From the human T2T-CHM13v2.0 reference genome, Homo sapiens: DNA of 64,000 nt. Made by a program: the position numbers and the translations under genes. Shown here in pieces: positions 1-12,400 of this stretch (the stretch's first letter is position 1; each line of letters opens with the position of its first letter). The DNA is taken from assembly GCF_009914755.1 (NCBI RefSeq), contig NC_060933.1; one strand, given 5' to 3'. The notes under the pieces are model-generated. The model did no database searches. It was not told where the DNA came from and saw only the letters and a program-made list of their open reading frames with translations.

Positions 1-175
1 AGGCCTATGTTGAAAAAGGAAATATCTTCCCATAAAAACTAGACAGAAGCATTCTCAGAAACTTGTTTGTGATGTGTGTATTCAACTAACAGAGATGAAC
101 CTTTCTTTTTACAGAGCAGTTTTGAAACACTCTTTTTGTGGAATCTGAAAGTGGATATTTGGATAGCTTTGAGGA

Positions 176-192
176 TTTCGTTGGAAACGGGA
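176..192 (+). promoter_or_regulatory. CENP-B box (representative; recurs in every second monomer, ~340-bp spacing)
   Basis: TTTCGTTGGAAACGGGA matches the consensus nTTCGnnnnAnnCGGGn; the next copies are at 514, 856 and 1194. Confidence 0.97.
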
Positions 193-342
193 TTACATAT
201 AAAACCTAGAGAGAAGCATTCTCAGGAACTTCTTTGTGATGTTTGCATTCAAGTCACAGAACTGAACATTCCCTTTCATAGAGCAGGTTTGAAACACTCT
301 TTCTGTAGTATCTGCAAGCTGACGTTTCAAGCGCTTTCAGGC

Positions 343-359
343 CTATGGTGAGAAAGGAA
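343..359 (+). promoter_or_regulatory. pJalpha-type A-box region of A-type monomer (representative)
   Basis: CTATGGTGAGAAAGGAA sits in the box region of the alternating non-CENP-B monomers; variants are CTATGTTGAAAAAGGAA and CTATGATGAAAAAGGAA. Confidence 0.75.
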
Positions 360-513
360 ATATCTTCAAGTAAAAACTAGACAGAAGCATTCTCAGAAAC
401 TTATTTGCGATGTGTGTTCTCAACTAACAGAGTTGAACCTTTGTTTTGATATGGCATTTTGGAAACACTCTTTTTGTAGAATCTGCAGGTGGATATTCGG
501 ATAGCTTTGAAGG

Positions 514-530
514 TTTCGTTGGAAACGGGA
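514..530 (+). promoter_or_regulatory. CENP-B box (third monomer of tetramer)
   Basis: TTTCGTTGGAAACGGGA. Confidence 0.97.
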
Positions 531-1535
531 ATATCTTCATATAAAATCTAGACGGAAGCATTCTCAGAAACTGCTTTGTGATGTTTTCATTCAAGTCACA
601 GAGTAGAATGTTCCCTGTTATATACCAGGTTTGAGACACTCTTTCTGCACTACCTGGAAGTGGACATTTGCAGCGCTTTGAGGCCTATGATGAAAAAGGA
701 AATATCTTCCCATAAAAACTAGACAGAAGCATTCTCAGAAACTTGTTTGTGATGTGTGTATTCAACTAACAGAGATGAACCTTTCTTTTTACAGAGCAGT
801 TTTGAAACACTCTTTTTGTGGAATCTGAAAGTGGATATTTGGATAGCTTTGCGGATTTCGTTGGAAACGGGATTACATATAAAATCTAGGGAGAAGCATT
901 CTCAGGAACTTCTTTGTGATGTTTGCATTCAAGTCACAGAACTGAACATTCCCTTTCATAGAGCAGGTTTGAAACACTCTTTCTGTAGTATCTGCAAGCG
1001 GACGTTTTAAGCGCTTTCAGGCCTGTGGTGAGAAAAGAAATATCTTCAAATAAAAACTAGACAGAAGCATTCTCAGAAACTTATTTGCGATGTGTGTCCT
1101 CAACTAACAGAGTTGAACCTTTCTTTTGATACAACATTTTGGAAACACTCTTTTTGTAGAATCTGCAAGTGGATATTTGGATAGCTTTGAAGGTTTCGTT
1201 GGAAACGGGAATATCTTCATATGAAATCAAGACAGAAGCATTCTCAGAAACTTCTCTGTGATGTTTGCATTCAACTCATAGAGTTGAACACTTCCCTTCA
1301 TACAGCAGGTTTGAAACACTCTTTTTGTAATATTTGGAAGTGGACATTTGCAGCGCTTTGAGGCCTATGTTGAAAAAGGAAATATCTTCTCCTAAAAACC
1401 AGACAGAAGCATTCTCAGAAACTTCCTTGTGATGTGTGTACTCAAGTAACAGAGTTGAACCTTCCTTTTGACAGAGCAGTTTTGAAGCACTCTTTTTGTA
1501 GAATCTGCAAGTGGATATTTTGATACCTTTGAGGA

Positions 1536-1552
1536 TTTCGTTGGACACGGGA
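1536..1552 (+). promoter_or_regulatory. Variant CENP-B box of trimer monomer 1 (essential bases intact)
   Basis: TTTCGTTGGACACGGGA keeps TTCG, the central A and CGGG. Confidence 0.88.
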
Positions 1553-1705
1553 TATCTTCATATAAAATCTAGACAGAAGCATTCTCAGAAACTTCTTTGT
1601 GCTGTATGTCCTCAATTAACAGAGTTGAACCTTTGTGTGGATACAGCATTTTGGAAACATTCCTTTAGTAGAATCTGCAAGTTGATATTTAGATAGCTAG
1701 GAAGA

Positions 1706-1722
1706 TTTCCTTGGAAACGGGA
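1706..1722 (+). promoter_or_regulatory. Degenerate (predicted non-binding) CENP-B box of trimer monomer 2
   Basis: TTTCCTTGGAAACGGGA: the essential TTCG is TTCC, fixed in all trimers. Confidence 0.85.
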
Positions 1723-4700
1723 ATATCTTCATATAAAATCTAGACGGAAGCATTCTCAGAAAGTGCTTTGTGATGTTTGCATTCAAGTCACAGAGTTGAA
1801 TATTCCCTTTTATAGAGCAGGTTTGAAACACTCTTTCTGCACTACCTGGAAGTGGACATTTGGAGCGCTTTGAGGCCTATGTTGAAAAAGGAAATATCTT
1901 CCCATAAAAACTAGACAGAAGCATTCTCAGAAACTTGTTTGTGATGTGTGTATTCAACTAACAGAGATGAACCTTTCTTTTTACAGAGCAGTTTTGAAAC
2001 ACTCTTTTTGTGGAATCTGAAAGTGGATATTTGGATAGCTTTGAGGATTTCGTTGGAAACGGGATTACATATAAAACCTAGAGAGAAGCATTCTCAGGAA
2101 CTTCTTTGTGATGTTTGCCTTCAAGTCACAGGACTGAACATTCCCTTTCATAGAGCAGGTTTGAAACACTCTTTCTGTAGTATCTGCAAGCTGACGTTTC
2201 AAGCGCTTTCAGGCCTATGGTGAGAAAGGAAATATCTTCAAGTAAAAACTAGACAGAAGCATTCTCAGAAACTTATTTGCCATGTGTGTTCTCAACTAAC
2301 AGAGTTGAACCTTTGTTTTGATACGGCATTTTGGAAACACTCTTTTTGTAGAATCTGCAGGTGGATATTCGGATAGCTTTGAAGGTTTCGTTGGAAACGG
2401 GAATATCTTCATATAAAATCTTGACGGAAGCATTCTCAGAAACTGCTTTGTGATGTTTTCATTCAAGTCACAGAGTAGAATCTTCCCTGTTATATACCAG
2501 GTTTCAGACACTCTTTCTGCACTACCTGGAAGTGGACATTTGCAGCGCTTTGAGGCCTATGATGAAAAAGGAAATATCTTCCCATAAAAACTAGACAGAA
2601 GCATTCTCAGAAACTTGTTTGTGATGTGTGTATTCAACTAACAGAGATGAACCTTTCTTTTTACAGAGCAGTTTTGAAACACTCTTTTTGTGGAATCTGA
2701 AAGTGGATATTTGGATAGCTTTGAGGATTTCGTTGGAAACGGGATTACATATAAAATCTAGAGAGAAGCATTCTCAGGAACTTCTTTGTGATGTTTGCAT
2801 TCACGTCACAGAACTGAACATTCCCTTTCATAGAGCATGTTTGAAACACTCTTTCTGTAGTATCTGCAAACGGACATTTCAAACGCTTTCAGGCCTATGG
2901 TGAGAAAGGAAATATCTTCAAATAAAAACTAGACAGAAGCATTCTCAGAAACTTATTTGCGATGTGTGTCCTCAACTAACAGAGTTGAACCTTTCTTTTG
3001 ATACAACATTTTGGAAACACTCTTTTTGTGGAATCTGCAAGTGGATATTTGGATAGCTTTGAAGGTTTCGTTGGAAACGGGAATATCTTCATATAAAATC
3101 AAGACAGAAGCATTCTCAGAAACTTCTCTGTGATGTTTGCATTCAACTCATAGAGTTGAACACTTCCCTTCATACAGCAGGTTTGAAACACTCTTTTTCT
3201 AATATTTGGAAGTGGACTTTTGCAGCGCTTTGAAGCCTATGATGAAAAAGGTAATATCTTCCCATAAAAACTAGAAAGAAGCATTCTCAGAAACTTGTTT
3301 GTGATGTGTGTATTCAACTAACAGAGATGAACCTTTCTTTTTACAGAGCAGTTTTGAAGCACTCTTTTTGTAGAATCTGCAAGTGGATATTTTGATACCA
3401 TTGAGGATTTCGTTGGACACGGGATATCTTCATATAAAATCTAGACAGAAGCATTCTCAGAAACTTCTTTGTGCTGTATGTCCTCAATTAACAGAGTTGA
3501 ACCTTTGTGTGGATACAGCATTTTGGAAACATTCCTTTAGTAGAATCTGCAAGTTGATATTTAGATAGCTAGGAAGAGTTCCTTGGAAACGGGAATATCT
3601 TCATATAAAATCTAGACGGAAGCATTCTCAGAAAGTGCTTTGTGATGTTTGCATTCAAGTCACAGAGTTGAATGTTCCCTTTTATAGAGCAGGTTTGAAA
3701 CACTCTTTCTGCACTACCTGGAAGTGGACATTTGGAGCGCTTTGAGGCCTATGTTGAAAAAGGAAATATCTTCCCATAAAAACTAGACAGAAGCATTCTC
3801 AGAAACTTGTTTGTGATGTGTGTATTCAACTAACAGAGATGAACCTTTCTTTTTACAGAGCAGTTTTGAAACACTCTTTTTGTGGAATCTGAAAGTGGAT
3901 ATTTGGATAGCTTTGAGGATTTCGTTGGAAACGGGATTACATATAAAACCTAGAGAGAAGCATTCTCAGGAACTTCTTTGTGATGTTTGCATTCAAGTCA
4001 CAGAACTGAACATTCCCTTTCATAGAGCAGGTTTGAAACACTCTTTCTGTAGTATCTGCAAGCTGACGTTTCAAGCGCTTTCAGGCCTATGGTGAGAAAG
4101 GAAATATCTTCAAGTAAAAACTAGACAGAAGCATTCTCAGAAACTTATTTGCGATGTGTGTTCTCAACTAACAGAGTTGAACCTTTGTTTTGATATGGCA
4201 TTTTGGAAACACTCTTTTTGTAGAATCTGCAGGTGGATATTCGGATAGCTTTGAAGGTTTCGTTGGAAACGGGAATATCTTCATATAAAATCTAGACGGA
4301 AGCATTCTCAGAAACTGCTTTGTGATGTTTTCATTCAAGTCACAGAGTAGAATGTTCCCTGTTATATACCAGGTTTGAGACACTCTTTCTGCACTACCTG
4401 GAAGTGGACATTTGCAGCGCTTTGAGGCCTATGATGAAAAAGGAAATATCTTCCCATAAAAACTAGACAGAAGCATTCTCAGAAACTTGTTTGTGATGTG
4501 TGTATTCAACTAACAGAGATGAACCTTTCTTTTTACAGAGCAGTTTTGAAACACTCTTTTTGTGGAATCTGAAAGTGGATATTTGGATAGCTTTGAGGAT
4601 TTCGTTGGAAACGGGATTACATATAAAATCTAGAGAGAAGCATTCTCAGGAACTTCTTTGTGATGTTTGCATTCACGTCACAGAACTGAACATTCCCTTT

Positions 4701-7700
4701 CATAGAGCATGTTTGAAACACTCTTTCTGTAGTATCTACAAACGGACATTTCAAACGCTTTCAGGCCTATGGTGAGAAAGGAAATATCTTCAAATAAAAA
4801 CTAGACAGAAGCATTCTCAGAAACTTATTTGCGATGTGTGTCCTCAACTAACAGAGTTGAACCTTTCTTTTGATACAACATTTTGGAAACACTCTTTTTG
4901 TAGAATCTGCAAGTGGATATTTGAATAGCTTTGAAGGTTTCGTTGGAAACGGGAATATCTTCATATAAAATCAAGACAGAAGCATTCTCAGAAACTTCTC
5001 TGTGATGTTTGCATTCAACTCATAGAGTTGAACACTTCCCTTCATACAGCAGGTTTGAAACACTCTTTTTGTAACATTTGGAAGTGGACATTTGCAGCGC
5101 TTTGAGGCCTATGTTGAAAAAGGAAATATCTTCTCCTAAAAACCAGACAGAAGCATTCTCAGAAACTTCCTTGTGATGTGTGTACTCAAGTAACAGAGTT
5201 GAACCTTCCTTTTGACAGAGCAGTTTTGAAGCACTCTTTTTGTAGAATCTGCAAGTGGATATTTTGATACCTTTGAGGATTTCGTTGGACACGGGATATC
5301 TTCATATAAAATCTAGACAGAAGCATTCTCAGAAACTTCTTTGTGCTGTATGTCCTCAATTAACAGAGTTGAACCTTTGTGTGGATACAGCATTTTGGAA
5401 ACATTCCTTTAGTAGAATCTGCAAGTTGATGTTTAGATAGCTAGGAAGATTTCCTTGGAAACGGGAATATCTTCATATAAAATCTAGACGGAAGCATTCT
5501 CAGAAAGTGCTTTGTGATGTTTGCATTCAAGTCACAGAGTTGAATATTCCCTTTTATAGAGCAGGTTTGAAACACTCTTTCTGCACTACCTGGAAGTGGA
5601 CATTTGGAGCGCTTTGAGGCCTATGTTGAAAAAGGAAATATCTTCCCATAAAAACTAGACAGAAGCATTCTCAGAAACTTGTTTGTGATGTGTGTATTCA
5701 ACTAACAGAGATGAACCTTTCTTTTTACAGAGCAGTTTTGAAACACTCTTTTTGTGGAATCTGAAAGTGGATATTTGGATAGCTTTGAGGATTTCGTTGG
5801 AAACGGGATTACATATAAAACCTAGAGAGAAGCATTCTCAGGAACTTCTTTGTGATGTTTGCCTTCAAGTCACAGGACTGAACATTCCCTTTCATAGAGC
5901 AGGTTTGAAACACTCTTTCTGTAGTATCTGCAAGCTGACGTTTCAAGCGCTTTCAGGCCTATGGTGAGAAAGGAAATATCTTCAAGTAAAAACTAGACAG
6001 AAGCATTCTCAGAAACTTATTTGCCATGTGTGTTCTCAACTAACAGAGTTGAACCTTTGTTTTGATACGGCATTTTGGAAACACTCTTTTTGTAGAATCT
6101 GCAGGTGGATATTCGGATAGCTTTGAAGGTTTCGTTGGAAACGGGAATATCTTCATATAAAATCTTGACGGAAGCATTCTCAGAAACTGCTTTGTGATGT
6201 TTTCATTCAAGTCACAGAGTAGAATCTTCCCTGTTATATACCAGGTTTCAGACACTCTTTCTGCACTACCTGGAAGTGGACATTTGCAGCGCTTTGAGGC
6301 CTATGATGAAAAAGGAAATATCTTCCCATAAAAACTAGACAGAAGCATTCTCAGAAACTTGTTTGTGATGTGTGTATTCAACTAACAGAGATGAACCTTT
6401 CTTTTTACAGAGCAGTTTTGAAACACTCTTTTTGTGGAATCTGAAAGTGGATATTTGGATAGCTTTGAGGATTTCGTTGGAAACGGGATTACATATAAAA
6501 TCTAGAGAGAAGCATTCTCAGGAACTTCTTTGTGATGTTTGCATTCACGTCACAGAACTGAACATTCCCTTTCATAGAGCATGTTTGAAACACTCTTTCT
6601 GTAGTATCTGCAAACGGACATTTCAAACGCTTTCAGGCCTATGGTGAGAAAGGAAATATCTTCAAATAAAAACTAGACAGAAGCATTCTCAGAAACTTAT
6701 TTGCGATGTGTGTCCTCAACTAACAGAGTTGAACCTTTCTTTTGATACAACATTTTGGAAACACTCTTTTTGTGGAATCTGCAAGTGGATATTTGGATAG
6801 CTTTGAAGGTTTCGTTGGAAACGGGAATATCTTCATATAAAATCAAGACAGAAGCATTCTCAGAAACTTCTCTGTGATGTTTGCATTCAACTCATAGAGT
6901 TGAACACTTCCCTTCATACAGCAGGTTTGAAACACTCTTTTTCTAATATTTGGAAGTGGACTTTTGCAGCGCTTTGAAGCCTATGATGAAAAAGGTAATA
7001 TCTTCCCATAAAAACTAGAAAGAAGCATTCTCAGAAACTTGTTTGTGATGTGTGTATTCAACTAACAGAGATGAACCTTTCTTTTTACAGAGCAGTTTTG
7101 AAGCACTCTTTTTGTAGAATCTGCAAGTGGATATTTTGATACCATTGAGGATTTCGTTGGACACGGGATATCTTCATATAAAAACTAGACAGAAGCATTC
7201 TCAGAAACTTCTTTGTGCTGTATGTCCTCAATTAACAGAGTTGAACCTTTGTGTGGATACAGCATTTTGGAAACATTCCTTTAGTAGAATCTGCAAGTTG
7301 ATATTTAGATAGCTAGGAAGAGTTCCTTGGAAACGGGAATATCTTCATATAAAATCTAGACGGAAGCATTCTCAGAAAGTGCTTTGTGATGTTTGCATTC
7401 AAGTCACAGAGTTGAATGTTCCCTTTTATAGAGCAGGTTTGAAACACTCTTTCTGCACTACCTGGAAGTGGACATTTGGAGCGCTTTGAGGCCTATGTTG
7501 AAAAAGGAAATATCTTCCCATAAAAACTAGACAGAAGCATTCTCAGAAACTTGTTTGTGATGTGTGTATTCAACTAACAGAGATGAACCTTTCTTTTTAC
7601 AGAGCAGTTTTGAAACACTCTTTTTGTGGAATCTGAAAGTGGATATTTGGATAGCTTTGAGGATTTCGTTGGAAACGGGATTACATATAAAACCTAGAGA

Positions 7701-9409
7701 GAAGCATTCTCAGGAACTTCTTTGTGATGTTTGCATTCAAGTCACAGAACTGAACATTCCCTTTCATAGAGCAGGTTTGAAACACTCTTTCTGTAGTATC
7801 TGCAAGCTGACGTTTCAAGCGCTTTCAGGCCTATGGTGAGAAAGGAAATATCTTCAAGTAAAAACTAGACAGAAGCATTCTCAGAAACTTATTTGCGATG
7901 TGTGTTCTCAACTAACAGAGTTGAACCTTTGTTTTGATATGGCATTTTGGAAACACTCTTTTTGTAGAATCTGCAGGTGGATATTCGGATAGCTTTGAAG
8001 GTTTCGTTGGAAACGGGAATATCTTCATATAAAATCTAGACGGAAGCATTCTCAGAAACTGCTTTGTGATGTTTTCATTCAAGTCACAGAGTAGAATGTT
8101 CCCTGTTATATACCAGGTTTCAGACACTCTTTCTGCACTACCTGGAAGTGGACATTTGCAGCGCTTTGAGGCCTATGATGAAAAAGGAAATATCTTCCCA
8201 TAAAAACTAGACAGAAGCATTCTCAGAAACTTGTTTGTGATGTGTGTATTCAACTAACAGAGATGAACCTTTCTTTTTACAGAGCAGTTTTGAAACACTC
8301 TTTTTGTGGAATCTGAAAGTGGATATTTGGATAGCTTTGAGGATTTCGTTGGAAACGGGATTACATATAAAATCTAGAGAGAAGCATTCTCAGGAACTTC
8401 TTTGTGATGTTTGCATTCACGTCACAGAACTGAACATTCCCTTTCATAGAGCATGTTTGAAACACTCTTTCTGTAGTATCTACAAACGGACATTTCAAAC
8501 GCTTTCAGGCCTATGGTGAGAAAGGAAATATCTTCAAATAAAAACTAGACAGAAGCATTCTCAGAAACTTATTTGCGATGTGTGTCCTCAACTAACAGAG
8601 TTGAACCTTTCTTTTGATACAACATTTTGGAAACACTCTTTTTGTAGAATCTGCAAGTGGATATTTGGATAGCTTTGAAGGTTTCGTTGGAAACGGGAAT
8701 ATCTTCATATGAAATCAAGACAGAAGCATTCTCAGAAACTTCTCTGTGATGTTTGCATTCAACTCATAGAGTTGAACACTTCCCTTCATACAGCAGGTTT
8801 GAAACACTCTTTTTCTAATATTTGGAAGTGGACATTTGCAGCGCTTTGAGGCCTATGTTGAAAAAGGAAATATCTTCTCCTAAAAACCAGACAGAAGCAT
8901 TCTCAGAAACTTCCTTGTGATGTGTGTACTCAAGTAACAGAGTTGAACCTTCCTTTTGACAGAGCAGTTTTGAAGCACTCTTTTTGTAGAATCTGCAAGT
9001 GGATATTTTGATACCTTTGAGGATTTCGTTGGACACGGGATATCTTCATATAAAATCTAGACAGAAGCATTCTCAGAAACTTCTTTGTGCTGTATGTCCT
9101 CAATTAACAGAGTTGAACCTTTGTGTGGATACAGCATTTTGGAAACATTCCTTTAGTAGAATCTGCAAGTTGATATTTAGATAGCTAGGAAGATTTCCTT
9201 GGAAACGGGAATATCTTCATATAAAATCTAGACGGAAGCATTCTCAGAAAGTGCTTTGTGATGTCTTCATTCAAGTCACAGAGTAGAATGTTCCCTTTTA
9301 TAGAGCAGGTTTGAAACACTCTTTCTGCACTACCTGGAAGTGGACATTTGGAGCGCTTTGAGGCCTATGTTGAAAAACGAAATATCTTCCCATAAAAACT
9401 AGACAGAAG

Positions 9410-12400
9410 CATTCTCAGAAACTTGTTTGTGATGTGTGTATTCAACTAACAGAGATGAACCTTTCTTTTTACAGAGCAGTTTTGAAACACTCTTTTTGTG
9501 GAATCTGAAAGTGGATATTTGGATAGCTTTGAGGATTTCGTTGGAAACGGGATTACATATAAAACCTAGAGAGAAGCATTCTCAGGAACTTCTTTGTGAT
9601 GTTTGCCTTCAAGTCACAGGACTGAACATTCCCTTTCATAGAGCAGGTTTGAAACACTCTTTCTGTAGTATCTGCAAGCTGACGTTTCAAGCGCTTTCAG
9701 GCCTATGGTGACAAAGGAAATATCTTCAAGTAAAAACTAGACAGAAGCATTCTCAGAAACTTATTTGCCATGTGTGTTCTCAACTAACAGAGTTGAACCT
9801 TTGTTTTGATATGGCATTTTGGAAACACTCTTTTTGTAGAATCTGCAGGTGGATATTCGGATAGCTTTGAAGGTTTCGTTGGAAACGGGAATATCTTCAT
9901 ATAAAATCTAGACGGAAGCATTCTCAGAAACTGCTTTGTGATGTTTTCATTCAAGTCACAGAGTAGAATGTTCCCTGTTATATACCAGGTTTGAGACACT
10001 CTTTCTGCACTACCTGGAAGTGGACGTTTGGAGCGCTTTGAGGCCTATGTTGAAAAAGGAAATATCTTCCCATAAAAACTAGACAGAAGCATTCTCAGAA
10101 ACTTGTTTGTGATGTGTGTATTCAACTAACAGAGATGAACCTTTCTTTTTACAGAGCAGTTTTGAAACACTCTTTTTGTGGAATCTGAAAGTGGATATTT
10201 GGATAGCTTTGAGGATTTCGTTGGAAACGGGATTACATATAAAACCTAGAGAGAAGCATTCTCAGGAACTTCTTTGTGATGTTTGCATTCAAGTCACAGA
10301 ACTCAACATTCCCTTTCATAGAGCAGGTTTGAAACACTCTTTCTGTAGTATCTGCAAGCTGACGTTTCAAGCGCTTTCAGGCCTATGGTGAGAAAGGAAA
10401 TATCTTCAAGTAAAAACTAGACAGAAGCATTCTCAGAAACTTATTTGCGATGTGTGTTCTCAACTAACAGAGTTGAACCTTTGTTTTGATATGGCATTTT
10501 GGAAACACTCTTTTTGTAGAATCTGCAGGTGGATATTCGGATAGCTTTGAAGGTTTCGTTGGAAACGGGAATATCTTCATATAAAATCTAGACGGAAGCA
10601 TTCTCAGAAACTGCTTTGTGATGTTTTCATTCAAGTCACAGAGTAGAATGTTCCCTGTTATATACGAGGTTTGAGACACTCTTTCTGCACTACCTGGAAG
10701 TGGACATTTGCAGCGCTTTGAGGCCTATGATGAAAAAGGAAATATCTTCCCATAAAAACTAGACAGAAGCATTCTCAGAAACTTGTTTGTGATGTGTGTA
10801 TTCAACTAACAGAGATGAACCTTTCTTTTTACAGAGCAGTTTTGAAACACTCTTTTTGTGGAATCTGAAAGTGGATATTTGGATAGCTTTGAGGATTTCG
10901 TTGGAAACGGGATTACATATAAAATCTAGAGAGAAGCATTCTCAGGAACTTCTTTGTGATGTTTGCATTCACGTCACAGAACTGAACATTCCCTTTCATA
11001 GAGCATGTTTGAAACACTCTTTCTGTAGTATCTGCAAACGGACATTTCAAACGCTTTCAGGCCTATGGTGAGAAAGGAAATATCTTCAAATAAAAACTAG
11101 ACAGAAGCATTCTCAGAAACTTATTTGCGATGTGTGTCCTCAACTAACAGAGTTGAACCTTTCTTTTGATACAACATTTTGGAAACACTCTTTTTGTAGA
11201 ATCTGCAAGTGGATATTTGAATAGCTTTGAAGGTTTCGTTGGAAACGGGAATATCTTCATATAAAATCAAGACAGAAGCATTCTCAGAAACTTCTCTGTG
11301 ATGTTTGCATTCAACTCATAGAGTTGAACACTTCCCTTCATACAGCAGGTTTGAAACACTCTTTTTGTAATATTTGGAAGTGGACATTTGCAGCGCTTTG
11401 AGGCCTATGATGAAAAAGGTAATATCTTCCCATAAAAACTAGACAGAAGCATTCTCAGAAACTTGTTTGTGATGTGTGTATTCAACTAACAGAGATGAAC
11501 CTTTCTTTTTACAGAGCAGTTTTGAAACACTCTTTTTGTGGAATCTGAAAGTGGATATTTGGATAGCTTTGCGGATTTCGTTGGAAACGGGATTACATAT
11601 AAAATCTAGGGAGAAGCATTCTCAGGAACTTCTTTGTGATGTTTGCATTCAAGTCACAGAACTGAACATTCCCTTTCATAGAGCAGGTTTGAAACACTCT
11701 TTCTGTAGTATCTGCAAGCGGACGTTTTAAGCGCTTTCAGGCCTGTGGTGAGAAAGGAAATATCTTCAAATAAAAACTAGACAGAAGTATTCTCAGAAAC
11801 TTATTTGCGATGTGTGTCCTCAACTAACAGAGTTGAACCTTTCTTTTGATACAACATTTTGGAAACACTCTTTTTGTAGAATCTGCAAGTGGATATTTGG
11901 ATAGCTTTGAAGGTTTCGTTGGAAACGGGAATATCTTCATATGAAATCAAGACAGAAGCATTCTCAGAAACTTCTCTGTGATGTTTGCATTCAACTCATA
12001 GAGTTGAACACTTCCCTTCATACAGCAGGTTTGAAACACTCTTTTTCTAATATTTGGAAGTGGACATTTGCAGCGCTTTGAGGCCTATGTTGAAAAAGGA
12101 AATATCTTCTCCTAAAAACCAGACAGAAGCATTCTCAGAAACTTCCTTGTGATGTGTGTACTCAAGTAACAGAGTTGAACCTTCCTTTTGACAGAGCAGT
12201 TTTGAAGCACTCTTTTTGTAGAATCTGCAAGTGGATATTTTGATACCTTTGAGGATTTCGTTGGACACGGGATATCTTCATATAAAATCTAGACAGAAGC
12301 ATTCTCAGAAACTTCTTTGTGCTGTATGTCCTCAATTAACAGAGTTGAACCTTTGTGTGGATACAGCATTTTGGAAACATTCCTTTAGAAGAATCTGCAA

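Larger units (their letters stand above)
50..729 (+). repeat. Example 680-bp tetramer sub-unit (monomers of 167, 171, 171, 171 bp; B-A-B-A box pattern)
   Basis: Monomer starts are at 50, 217, 388, 559 and 730. The first monomer is 4 bp short (GGGATTACATAT vs GGGAATATCTTCATAT). The unit recurs throughout at exactly 680-bp spacing. Confidence 0.95.
1410..1921 (+). repeat. Example 512-bp trimer sub-unit closing each HOR (170+171+171 bp)
   Basis: Diagnostic motifs ACTTCCTTGTGATGTGTGTACTCAAG, TGCTGTATGTCCTCAATTAAC and AGATAGCTAGGAAGATTTCC mark the trimer, which occurs once per HOR (24 copies; the first motif is replaced or varied in a few). Confidence 0.95.
50..9409 (+). repeat. Five tandem 11-mer HORs (1872 bp each)
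   Basis: Unit starts are 50, 1922, 3794, 5666 and 7538; each unit is 2 tetramers plus the trimer. Confidence 0.95.

Noticed and set aside
229-320. Cys/His pattern (LCDVC...H...HSFCSIC) resembling a zinc finger
   Set aside because: It is a translation artefact of TG-rich satellite sequence, and the spacing does not match C2H2, RING or PHD consensus.
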